A stretch of DNA of 64,000 nucleotides, taken from NCBI GenBank assembly GCA_965649825.1, contig OZ287703.1, positions 1,204,740-1,268,739 on the forward strand, read 5' to 3'. The position numbers and the translations under genes are program-made. Shown here one piece after another: positions 13,040-23,823 of this stretch (the stretch's first letter is position 1; each line of letters starts with the position of its first letter). The DNA comes from Penicillus capitatus (taxonomy: Eukaryota > Plantae > Chlorophyta). The notes under the pieces are model-generated. The model was not told where the DNA came from. It did not search any database and saw only the letters and a program-made list of their open reading frames with translations.

Positions 13040-14130
13040 TTACAACGATGGATGCCGTTTTCTGTACGCTTCGTTTTTCATGGCCCAGTCTTTCATGTGG
13101 CCTATGATGGACGCAGTCAGCTGCTCTGATGTGAAATTCTTTCCATAAAACGTCAGAAATTCTGCTTCTGGATCCAATAGATACTACACCAATTGCATAC
13201 TGTCACCAACGGACTCAAAAGAGACAAAACATTGCATACTGTGATGATCGAATGGTCAATAAGATAATCATTTCCATACTCGTTCGCTTTCGAGTGATAA
13301 ACACGGAATGTTCTTGCAGCCTTGTTGATATCTGCACGACTGCCTGTCAGTCCAATCATCTCCTTATCGAATTCCTGCACATAGCTAAGAGCATTCCACT
13401 GTAAGTGAACAGAAGCGTAAAAACGCATGAGGATGACCTCTTGACAAGTTTGGGATGATCTCTTTCGGGATCAAGGGTAATAAAAACAGACTGAATCCGA
13501 ACCCCTGTCTGTTTTTCTGCAAGCCAATCGACAAGACAAGCAACACAAGAAGCGTTGTCTTACGGATCAATCCAATGGCTTCTGAGATTTTATCGAGTTC
13601 GTCTGGACAGATGTCGGGACATTGCGTGAATCCAAAGTACAGTATCGAGAATTCCTTCTTTAGCTGATCGCTGGAAAACGGTTTCCCGTCTTGGTCGATC
13701 AGAGAAAAGGGACCTCCCACTGCTGCCGCACCAACAGACTTTGTCTGTGCATCTATCATGTCTGCAATCAGGTTTTGTTGGCAAGTGCGAGATCCAAGAT
13801 GCTGTCAGTGCCTTGACGCTTCTTCTCCTTCAGTTTCTCGTAGGTATAGAGGCAGCCAATGCCAGTGGCCAATGCCAAACCCAAACTGAGAAAAGAAAGC
13901 GGCTGTGCAACAGACAGAACCTCATTCGAATCCATCAAAGCAGAACATCTCACCCCTCTGAATGCTCTCGTCGTCGAGAATGATCTGTGAAGGGCGACGG
14001 GCGATATCCATTTCATCTGCAGCGGTAGATGAAGGGCTCTCTCTGACAAGGCGTTCCCCAAAGATGGAGAGTAAACGCCTCCACTGCGAACAAGGAAACT
14101 GAATCTGTTGAGTACAGCCCTGGCAGACAT
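13040..14130 (-). CDS. SCO1: Mitochondrial copper chaperone SCO1/SenC
   Basis: Presequence-like N-terminus, one TM segment, GGPFSLIDQDG, YFGFTQCPDICPDEL (CxxxC), YLIDHSI; stop TAA at 13040. Confidence 0.9.
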
Positions 14131-14256
14131 GCTGTCAAATGTACGACGATGCGACTTGTTGAGAGATAGATAAAGAGCATGTTGCTCATCTCAGGGCTTA
14201 GACGTTACCAATACGTGTTCGCCTTTCGAAAGCAGCGCGCCCGCCCGATATCTTCG

Positions 14257-15299
14257 ATGATTGACGCCGACGACTTTGACGATCTGATCTCTAAGATCCA
14301 CGAAGAGGATGGGAAACGAGAACGTCTGATAAAGAAGAGCAGAGGTGATTTGTTCCGTACAAGTATCGGATATAGATCATTCCACACTTGTCGTTCATAG
14401 ACATCCAGCGATGGTCCAAGCAAGCCATCTTCTCCTTGCACCGACAAGACTTCACCGAAGCGTCGACCAGACTCGGATCTGCAGGCGGCCGTCGGATGAG
14501 ATCTCGATTACTTGTGAGACGTTGTTGTTCTTGTTTTTCAGTTCAATCAGTGGAGGAGGTGCGTGACATCGTCGAGGCGAATCCTCTTCTGGGAATCGGA
14601 TCCTTTTCCAGTGCTCTGGAAGAGGTGAGCATCCCAGTCCATCTGCATTTGATCTTAACAATGGACTCCATCCATCCAGTATTCTGAGGCGAGACTCTTC
14701 GAACACTACTTGAATCATAAGCGTTTGCTCCCAAAGAAGGATCTGCCTTTTGTCAAGACAGAAGAGTCAGCTTGATGATCTTTGTCGAGCATCTGACGCT
14801 GATGAAGGACTTTTAGGTATCTGGGCGGAGTTCTGGACTTCACGGGAGAGCTTCTGAGATATGCCATTCAGCAAGCGACAGCCAGGAATGAAGGGGCTGT
14901 GAAGCAGGCGCGGGATTTGGTGCAGGAACTGATGGGTTATTTTTTACAGGTAACAAAGGAAGTCAGATGTGCTTTGCCGTGCCAGTGCAAATGGCTGTTC
15001 TAGTTTGATTTGCGCAACACTCCCCTTAGGAAAAAGTTCGATGCTTTGAAGTATACTCTGAAGAAACTCGAGGTACACTCACTCACGCACTTACGTCAAT
15101 GTCATCTGCTCGTGGCTGAGTGTCTGCGCCTGTACAGAACACTTTGTATGAAATGTCATTATCCAAAGGACGTATCTTCCCAGATCCCACATTGAAGGTA
15201 CAGACAGATCTCCAAGATTTGGTCGTCCTATTAATAACGCCATTATGTGGACATGATTTGCAGGAAACAGAAGAACGGGAAGACGAAGAATCTTTCTAA
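14257..15299 (+). CDS. Translin/TRAX-family protein, multi-exon
   Basis: RERLIKKSRDIQRWSKQAIFSLHR, YLGGVLDFTGELLRYAI and RKKFDALKYTLKKLE motifs across short introns. Confidence 0.85.
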
Positions 15300-15499
15300 A
15301 TCAGAAGAAGAAGAGACAGGACAACGAAATCCAAATTCACTGAACTCTTCTCAGCAAAGGAACTGTTCGGGAACATTCATTGTTAAGAAATACGTGCCCC
15401 CATTCAGCCTGCCAGGGACAAAGGTTTCGTCAGGGATCTGCTATTGCTGTCAGAGAAGAATCGAAAGTGGACACAGAGAGAGAGAGACCTCAGAGATTG

Positions 15500-17101
15500 C
15501 TAAGCAGTATGAGATCCTTCTGAATCAACGCCATCAAAAATGAGTCTGAGAATCGTCGTTATCCTCAGACTACGAGAAGGACTCAAGTATTTTTCCAGAT
15601 CAGAATCGTGCAAAAAGCGGGAATATCCCTTGTTGTTGTGTGGCACTTCCAGTCTTCCATCTAGTTCAATAAGTTCCAACATCCGAGTCCCGGCGATGAA
15701 CTCCACGTGAACATTGACATTGGAACGCGGATCGCAGAATTGCCAAGATTCTTCGTTTGAGATGATGGTTCGCTGCAGGAACATACCAACAAAGTGATCT
15801 TGGTTGGCTTCATCAAAGCGCAAGGTTAAGACAATGCGGAACAATGAGCCACAAAAATAGAATTGCTCAGAAGTGAAATCTCGATTGGAGCGAAACTGTT
15901 CGATATCTTCAATCTCAGTGCTGTAGCGGAAACAGGGACACAGATTGTCGTCGGAGGCACTCATGATCCTTGCTGAATCCATATCCGCTTTTGCATCGAT
16001 GGATCGATGGCATCGAACGTCTCCAAGCTTCGTTGCTTCAGATATAATCATGCTCTCCAAGATGGATTTCGTCCACAGACTCTTTTCAATACACTGAACC
16101 ACTTTTCTGAGCCCCAGACGTTGTGCTTGATTTCGTGCCTTTATCAGGTCAAGAAAAGAGAAACATGCATAAAAGATCTTATCGTCGCACAAAACGGATT
16201 CCAGGAACTCGCAGTCTGCTGCAGGAAGGCAGTTCTTGCAACTGTTCGTCTCGCAACCAGCGTGGATCGGTGTTGAATTGACACGGTTGAAATCCGACAG
16301 GCGTCCATTATCTTGCCGAACGGGATTCTCTGTTGAAGCACTGCGTCCAATTTCGTATGGACAGGATGTTGTTGCCTCGCGATGTGACAACCCAAGGAGC
16401 CTAAAAGAAGGTGTTCTTCTGGCCTCTGGTTTCGCCACTTGATCGATGGATTCGGCTTCCTTAAGGGCCATCTTGCGCATGGAACGATATACTTCCATGA
16501 TCAACTGAAATCTTTCAGATTCGCTTGGCACCCACAGTGCATTGGAGGAAAAGAGTGATCGAAGTTGATCACAAGGAAGCCTGTGCAAAGAGGATCGCAG
16601 TTCGTTGTAAGCGGTCCGGCATAGATATCTCTCCAGCAGATCGGTCACCAGCATGCTATACTCTTTTCCTTCCCATGTCTCATTAAACGCATGCAGCTTC
16701 AGAAAGAGGGTAGGTGTGAGAAGGTTAGGAAGAAATGAGATGCACATGTCACATAGCATGTCGAGCTCCAGTACAAAAGCTGTTGCTAACACAGCAATGA
16801 CATTGTCTTCGTCGAGAACAGGCTCCAACCCATAAAGCGTCGACAGACAGATATTGAGAGCGTCGACAGACATGTTCGAATCGTGCTTTGGCAGCTGCAG
16901 GGTGGACTTGGCGTGTGACGTTTTCTCGAGGAGTCTCTTGAGGAAAGGACTCTGGCACAACAATAGTCGGTGTAACCGAAAATCATGGTCAGAGAACTCA
17001 AGCTTGATATCCGAGAAACAGTGATCCTTCCACAATGACTCCGTTAGGAACGAAAGTGTAGCCGTCGCCATGTTTTCTCGAACATACGCGGGTTGGGGCA
17101 T
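15500..17101 (-). CDS. BTB/POZ-BACK protein with C-terminal MATH/TRAF-like domain (GMCL1-like), single exon
   Basis: FSDIKLEF..FRLHRLLLCQSPFLKRL BTB; LRSLFSSNALWVPSESERFQL BACK-like; SEQFYFCGSLFRIVL..FVGMFLQR MATH-like. First ATG at 17101. Confidence 0.8.
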   Translation of the reverse strand: MPQPAYVRENMATATLSFLTESLWKDHCFSDIKLEFSDHDFRLHRLLLCQSPFLKRLLEKTSHAKSTLQLPKHDSNMSVDALNICLSTLYGLEPVLDEDNVIAVLATAFVLELDMLCDMCISFLPNLLTPTLFLKLHAFNETWEGKEYSMLVTDLLERYLCRTAYNELRSSLHRLPCDQLRSLFSSNALWVPSESERFQLIMEVYRSMRKMALKEAESIDQVAKPEARRTPSFRLLGLSHREATTSCPYEIGRSASTENPVRQDNGRLSDFNRVNSTPIHAGCETNSCKNCLPAADCEFLESVLCDDKIFYACFSFLDLIKARNQAQRLGLRKVVQCIEKSLWTKSILESMIISEATKLGDVRCHRSIDAKADMDSARIMSASDDNLCPCFRYSTEIEDIEQFRSNRDFTSEQFYFCGSLFRIVLTLRFDEANQDHFVGMFLQRTIISNEESWQFCDPRSNVNVHVEFIAGTRMLELIELDGRLEVPHNNKGYSRFLHDSDLEKYLSPSRSLRITTILRLIFDGVDSEGSHTA

Positions 17102-17178
17102 TTTAATACGGAAGCCGCGCGCGAATCGGATAATGAACGCAGACGTTACTAGATTCTGTGCGTCAAACAAACAGACAA

Positions 17179-18326
17179 TCAGTCATCGTCGTCATCGTCG
17201 TCATCATCCTTCTTCTTTCTCTCGTGTTCGACTTCTTCTAAGTATTTCTCCACTTGCATAGCCGCCATGCACCCTGAAGGAATGGAAGGCGAATTAGAAT
17301 AGATGAGTGGTTGGTGGGGACACAGAGGATTGGAGTATTACCCAGTCCAGCCGCCGTAATGGCTTGTCTGTATCTCTTATCTTGCACATCGCCTGCTGCG
17401 AAGATACCCTTCACATTTGTTTCCAAAGTTACTTGATCTGTCTTGATGTAGCCTTCCTCGTCCACTTCTATGAATTCTTTGAAGTATTCTGATGCTGGAT
17501 CGTGGCCAATGGCAAAGAAGAGTCCGGCCACCTCGATCTCGCTTTCTTCGTCGTTCTTGGTAGATTTCAGTTTTAGAGAACTGAGATATCCTGCGACAAA
17601 GACGTTCTGGTCACTGATGCATAGCAACGGACAACGTCAGAAACCTGCATCGTTGCCGTGTGCTGCCGCAATGACTGTAGACCACAGGAACTTGATTTTT
17701 TTGTTCTCCATTGCCTTTGTTTGCAGCAAACGATTTGCTCGGAGTTCATCTCGGCGATGAATGACGTAGACAATGGATCCGAACTTTGTCAAGAACATTG
17801 CCTCCTCCATGGCACTGTCTCCACCTCCAACGACTGCCAGTGGTTTGTCTCTGAAGATGGGCAGAGGACCATCGCATACAGCACAGGCTGAAATGCCTTT
17901 GTTCCAATAACCGTTCTCTTCATCAGATCCTGGAAATGTCAGCTTTCTAGCCTTGGCGCCTGTGGCGATGATGACAGAGTCTGCGTCGACTCTTCTATAG
18001 TTCGTAAAGCACAAGTAAGGCTTTTCACTGAATTCGACATAATTGACGGTCTCCGATAGGATTCTGGTTCCAAACTTTTCTGACTGCTTCCTGAGAAGGT
18101 CTGTCAATTCGACACCGCCGACACCATCCGGGAATCCTGGAAAGTTTTCGACCAGATGTGTCGTGGTTAGCTGTCCACCAATGTTGAGGCCTTCTGTGCC
18201 GTCTCCTTCAAAGAGGACGGGATTGAGTTCAGCACGTGCACAGTAGATGGCAGCTGTGTGGGCGGCCGGTCCAGAACCGAGAATGGCGACCTTTGCTTTG
18301 AAACATCTTTCAGCCGACGTTGACAT
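17179..18326 (-). CDS. NTR: NADPH-dependent thioredoxin reductase (low-MW NTR); N-terminus may extend to in-frame ATGs at 18455 or 18557
   Basis: VAILGSGPAAHTAAIY, GGQLTTT..VENFPGFP, GISACAVCDG (CxxC), AVVGGGDSAMEEA, GLFFAIGHDP, FAAGDVQDKRYRQAITAAG; acidic tail then TGA at 17179. Confidence 0.95.
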
Positions 18327-19061
18327 TTTGTCGAGGGCACGGAGAACCGTGCGGAGTCTTCTGGAGACGATCTTGTAGAAGTAACGGAACTCGGTGCGAA
18401 AGGGTGCTGAAACGACTGGCAAATCGTGCTGACACACTTGTCTTAATGCACGCATCCTTGCTGTCTTCGTTTGCTGTACCTGCTTTGGCGGCTGCGTGGA
18501 CAATCTATCATTGGCATCGATGGAAGAGAGGGAAAGGAGAACAGCCAAAGGCCTCATGCACTGAGAGGGCACAGAAAAAGAAGGTGCGTGGACAACAGTG
18601 ATGCTACAATGGGGATGCACGCGTCCATGTTGGTGATCTCAGGCGCGATCCTTAAAACGGGACAATGCGAATCGAAGTTTACCTCGGTGAGTTATCGATC
18701 TCCGCGGTTCACTGTGTACCTAACCAAGTGCTTGCTTAATGCAGAAATAAGATGGGTCGCAATCAACGATCAAAAAAGAAGCTCCTTGATAGGAAGCCAT
18801 CGAATTCGCAGCAAGAGTCCTCGAAGAAGAAAAAGAAGGGGTAAGCAAAAGCCTTGGGCAGACACGCGTGTATGCATGCTCAACATGTGTGTTCTTTCAG
18901 AAAAGAGGCGCAATCGGATGGGGATCGCATGAGACAAGGGGCTTCACAAGAAGATATGACGTTATACTTTCGTCATTCGTACCTCGACTCTCGACCTCGT
19001 GTCTAACGACGGTGCCATCACATTTGAGCCATGCTTCGATTCATGCACTGTCCAATGGAGA

Positions 19062-20780
19062 ATGATGACTATTTTTTGTAACAAAGAAATGAAGACTTTG
19101 AATGGACGTTTATGCGAGATGACATCTCGCCTGTCCCACACGCGACAGTGTTTGTCGCGGCGACCAGGCCCTCGAATCCAAAACCGATCTCTTTGCGTGC
19201 AGAAGGCGATCCATGCGCAGGACCGTCGTCATGCGAGTGACAGATTCGTCGAGGAAACGGACATCGTTGTCATCGGGTCTGGAGTGGGAGGACTAAGCTG
19301 TGGTGCACTGTTGGCCAAGTATGGATACAATGTCTCTGTACTCGAAGCACATTCCATTCCTGGTGGCTGCGCTCACGGATGGAGTCGGGGAGACTGCCAT
19401 TTCGATTCAGGGACATCACTCTTCTTTGGAATCTCGAATAGAGATCTGGATAATCCATTGACTTCTGTGCTGGCCCTCCTCGACGAACACGTCGACATGA
19501 TCCCTTACGACCAGCAGAAGACACGGCTCTTCTGGGAAGATCGTTTGTTTAACACACAGATTGGATCAACAGAATTCAAAACTGTTATCGAAGATTTGTG
19601 GGGGAGCGAGGCGAGACAAGAATGGACAAAGCTGCAGAAGATCTGCCTAGACTACGATGCCGTTGCTGGATCGATTCATCCGATGGCTGTCAGGTATGAT
19701 AACTGGATTGGACTCACTGCTGTTGCTCGGTCTCCACTTGCCTTTCTAAAATTGCTGACGGCCGATCCCAAGGTGTCGTCGGCGGATTTCTCCACTGTCG
19801 TCAATGACGCTGTTCACTGTGAGGCATTGAGGAATTTTGTCAACGTTCTTTGTCAAGGCACGTCTGGTCTTGCATCCGACGACATTGTTTCTTCTTACAT
19901 GATCCGAGCATTCAATCGTTTATATCAGCCCGATGCACAGTGGGAGATTCCTCTGGGAGGAAGCCAGAGCATTGTGGATGCACTTGTCAGGGGACTGCGG
20001 AAGTTTGGTGGCAAACTCCATCTCCAAACTCGTGTCGAGGAGATTGTTGTTAAGAATGGAAATGCCGTTGGCGTTCGTTTATCTGGAAATCGTTATATCT
20101 CGGCCAAGAAAGCAGTGGTGTCGAATGCCACCATATGGGACACAGCCAGGCTGATCTCTCCAGAGATCATTGATTCAGATTTCAAGCAGTACATAAGCGA
20201 AGTGGAACTCAATGCCAGTTTCTTACACCTCCACTTGGTGTTCGACGAGGATGGACTTCCGGATATGCCTCTGCACTCTTTTTTCTTCGACGATAGCTTG
20301 ATTGGAGACAGTGGTTGGCCGACAATCTGTATACCGACATCCGTGGATCCTTCCCTTGCTCCATCAGGAAAGCACATCTTACATGCCTATCTTGCAGAGC
20401 CTTATGACATCTGGAAGGGCATGGACACCAAAAGTCGTGGGTACAAAGACTTCAAGGACCAAAGGACAGAGGTTTTATGGAAACTTATCAAAAGAGTGGT
20501 ACCAGACATCGAAGACAGAGTCTCACTCTCCCTGGCAGGAAGTCCGTTGACACATGAGCGTTTCCTCAATCGTATCCAAGGAACGTATGGGTCCAAGAAC
20601 TTGTTAAAAGTCCAAAAGACACCCACTGGAATTCAACCATTGCACAATGTCTATTGTGTCGGGGATTCGACATTTCCTGGAACAGGCACACCTGCTGTGG
20701 CAGCCTCAGCCATGTGGGTGGCCAATACATTAACACCAATTCATAAACACTGGCAAGTATTAAACAAACTCAATGTGTGA
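19062..20780 (+). CDS. Carotenoid isomerase / phytoene-desaturase-family FAD oxidoreductase (CRTISO-like), single exon, probable transit peptide
   Basis: VVIGSGVGGLS..LEAHSIPGGCAH..FDSGTS FAD-binding region; PLGGSQSIVDALVRGL; SPLTHERFL..GTYG; YCVGDSTFPGTGTPAVAASA. Start could be any ATG from 19062 to 19119. Confidence 0.85.
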   Translation: MMTIFCNKEMKTLNGRLCEMTSRLSHTRQCLSRRPGPRIQNRSLCVQKAIHAQDRRHASDRFVEETDIVVIGSGVGGLSCGALLAKYGYNVSVLEAHSIPGGCAHGWSRGDCHFDSGTSLFFGISNRDLDNPLTSVLALLDEHVDMIPYDQQKTRLFWEDRLFNTQIGSTEFKTVIEDLWGSEARQEWTKLQKICLDYDAVAGSIHPMAVRYDNWIGLTAVARSPLAFLKLLTADPKVSSADFSTVVNDAVHCEALRNFVNVLCQGTSGLASDDIVSSYMIRAFNRLYQPDAQWEIPLGGSQSIVDALVRGLRKFGGKLHLQTRVEEIVVKNGNAVGVRLSGNRYISAKKAVVSNATIWDTARLISPEIIDSDFKQYISEVELNASFLHLHLVFDEDGLPDMPLHSFFFDDSLIGDSGWPTICIPTSVDPSLAPSGKHILHAYLAEPYDIWKGMDTKSRGYKDFKDQRTEVLWKLIKRVVPDIEDRVSLSLAGSPLTHERFLNRIQGTYGSKNLLKVQKTPTGIQPLHNVYCVGDSTFPGTGTPAVAASAMWVANTLTPIHKHWQVLNKLNV

Positions 20781-20986
20781 TGTGACTGACACATACATAC
20801 ACAATCAATCTGCGCCAAAAAGAAGGGCGGCAGCTGCGTCCTCATTTCCATGCGTCGCTTTCAAGGCATTCGCACATCTTTGTCGATCGAACCCCAGAGC
20901 CATTAGACGCTGCACTTTCTCTTCAAAGACGCTATCTCCGCTTTCTGATGGAGGTCCATTTGCAGACGATGTCGCTGCATTGCTGT

Positions 20987-22286
20987 CTATACGAAGAAGA
21001 AGAAAGCAGGAGTAGCATGCAAACGGCCAGATGCACCTTCTTGTGGTTTAAACGAAGTTTCTTGATCTATCTGATGCTCAGCAAGAAAAGGCACCTCTGC
21101 GTTGACGCTGCCGATGACCAATTTCATGGCCTTCAAATCTACAGTACACTGAACCACACATAACAGTAAGAGCGGGTGGAGAGAGCACCAAGTAAACAAG
21201 TACCTGATGTCTGACGAGATTGTCCAATCCGAAGATGAATGGCGGACCAGTGTTCTGTTCGATCACGGATAGGGAAGATGCCATGTACTCTCCCCCTACT
21301 TTTAATTGTGCTTGATGGACTCTTCCCAACAACTTGCTCTGTCCCACTCCATATGCCATTCCTGCGTATCGCTTGTCGATCAAACGCATGAGAGAACATT
21401 TTTCTGCGAAATCTGCTGACATAATCGTCATCTGAGCTCCAGTATCCACGAAGGCTTGAACACGGACGCCATTCACTTCCATGTTCACATAGAGCATCGT
21501 CACAATTCCAAACATCTCTGGTGTATGCTCGAGTGCCTGTGTTTTTCTCGATGAATTAAAACACGGGAATTTGGCAACTGTGAAACAACCAACACCTGTT
21601 GATAATTCTCTTCGATGTTCGTCTTTTGAATCTGCTCCCATATCTTCTTCTGAGCTTCGGCTCCCATAGGGTCTGATCTGATCTGTTCCATCTCTTGTTG
21701 TCTAGATGTGAAAAATGTTGGTGTTGCAGGCACGATGTGCATAAACAGTGTCTACTGATCACCTGGCGAGTTCTCCTGCTTCAATCAGAAGGGCCATAGC
21801 TCTCTCGCTATCGTTCGATCGAATGGCCGCAGCCAATTGAGGATTCTCTGCTTCAATTCGAGACAAGAGTTCTGGATTCGCTGTGGCCCGCTCAACGAGC
21901 TGCTGTCCCATGAGAGTCCCTAAGGCCCCGGCGCCACCGCGAGTCCTCTGCTCCACTACTGGTTGCTGTTCCAGCATCAGCAGATCTCCGTCTGCCATCC
22001 CAATGGATGCTATCGTCTGACTATCAAAAACTTGAAACAACAGTCGTGCGGTAAATCGAGCAAACACACTTGTTTCCCAGGGGACGGCCTTGAAAGAAAA
22101 GCTGCTGTTGCGCCGCTGGGATTCCAATTTGATTTGCCACCGAATTCTTGACACTCGCCACAGTGTCGTATGGCTCACACTAAGAGCAAACATCCGACGC
22201 TTTTGCTGTAGGCGGAAATCCAGTCGCAAGCCGTGTACGTTTATGTTGACTACAAGGTCTGATTCCGTCGCAACGGTGAGAATCAT
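20987..22286 (-). CDS. DDI1: DNA-damage-inducible 1 (UBL plus retropepsin-like aspartic protease)
   Basis: UBL-like N-terminus (MILTV..DGDLLML); [71 protein letters not shown]. No UBA seen. Confidence 0.92.
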
Positions 22287-22365
22287 CTTTCTGCAGAAAT
22301 GAAACCGTCGAGGCACATTTTAAACATCCACAAACAATCACATTTTGTCGCGGAGAGCTTGAACA

Positions 22366-23773
22366 ATGTCATCGAGTGAGGAAAGTTCCGAGGCGGAAGA
22401 GATCTACGATCTTTCCAATGCAAGACGCAGCACCTCATGGAGATATGTACCATCTGACTTGTGTCTGTAGTCCGACGTGGTGACAAAACACAAGGCGGCT
22501 GCCGAGATTTGCAACAGTACGTCTTTGGAAGAGTGTTTACTGGAGTGCTCGACGGACTCTGAACGGTGTTCTGTTCTTCCTCTTGTACAGATGCTGTGGC
22601 TACCGTGGTTGCCCGCATCGAAGCCGGGGTGAAGGTCACGGACCTGATCAAACTCGGGAACACTTTTGTGGAAGAGTAGAGATGGACACGCACACATTTC
22701 TGAGCGTCATGATCCTCTGTACGTTGCAGGAGTATTGCGAAGATTTTCAAAGGGAAGAACGTGGAGAAGGGGATCGCCTTTCCGACATCGATTTCCATCA
22801 ACAAGTACCTGCCATCACCACTGCAACCTACGTTGTGCGTCTGATGTCGCTGAGATGTCTAGTGTGGTTGGTCATTTCTGTCCTGTGGAGAGCGATCTTG
22901 CTGTAAATGATGGAGACGTTGTAAAAGTGTAAGAAGAATGGGATGATGTGCATTTCTCATCAGGCTTATTATTGCCGTTGTCTTAGGGACATTGGGTGTC
23001 ACATTGATGGATTCATTGCGATTCAAGCGGGGACTGTTGTCGTCCAGGCAGATAAGAACGCTTCTGTGAAGGGAAGATATGCAGACGTGCTTCAGGCTGC
23101 ACGCACTGCCTATCAAGCGGCGCTTAGACTGATTCGACCAAGGAAGAGTATATCCGGCGTCCATGCAGTACTGAATCAGATTGCAGAGATCTATGGATGC
23201 AATCTGGTCGATGGAGTCATGACACACCAACTCAAGAGATTTGTGATTGATGGCAACAAATGTATTCTGAACAAACCAACACCAGAATACAAAGTGGACG
23301 ACGGTGAATTCGAGGAGAACGAAGTATATGCAGTGGATATTGTGATGAGTACTGGAGACGGAAAAACGCGAATCATGGACGAAAAAGAAACCATGATCTA
23401 CAAGAGAGCCCTGGACAGGGAGTACAATCTCCGGATGAAAGCATCGAGATCCGTGTTTGCCGAAATCAATCGTCGATTTCCGACAATGCCGTTTACCATC
23501 GGGGCACTGCCAGATCAGAAACAAGTTCGATTGGGACTGGTTGAGTGTCTGAATCATGGACTGCTGCATCCGTATCCAGTCCTACATGAGAAAGCGGGCG
23601 AAGTGGTTGTACAAGTGAAGGGTACAGTGCTGCTGATGCCATCTGGTTCAGACATTATCACAGAATTTCCAGAACAAGTGATTGAACCCACTGTTCAATT
23701 AGATGATCCAGAGATCCAAGCTCTGCTGAAAGAAGAAATATCAAAGAAGAAGAAGACAAAAAAGAAGAAGTGA
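22366..23773 (+). CDS. EBP1: EBP1/PA2G4 (MetAP2-like, ErbB3-binding protein 1)
   Basis: DLSN-SDVVTKHKAAAEIC; KGIAFPTSIS; DIGCHIDGFIA; THQLKRFVIDGNK; EENEVYAVDIVMSTGDGK; LKASR..RFPTMPF; LHPYPVLHEK; poly-Lys tail. Confidence 0.93.
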
Positions 23774-23823
23774 AATCGCTGATTAGATGAGAACGTGCAT
23801 TTAATCCGCCAACAGTCTCGCGA

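Noticed and set aside
20987-22286. Retroviral-type protease as a sign of another mobile element
   Set aside because: It is the host DDI1 retropepsin domain with UBL and normal introns.
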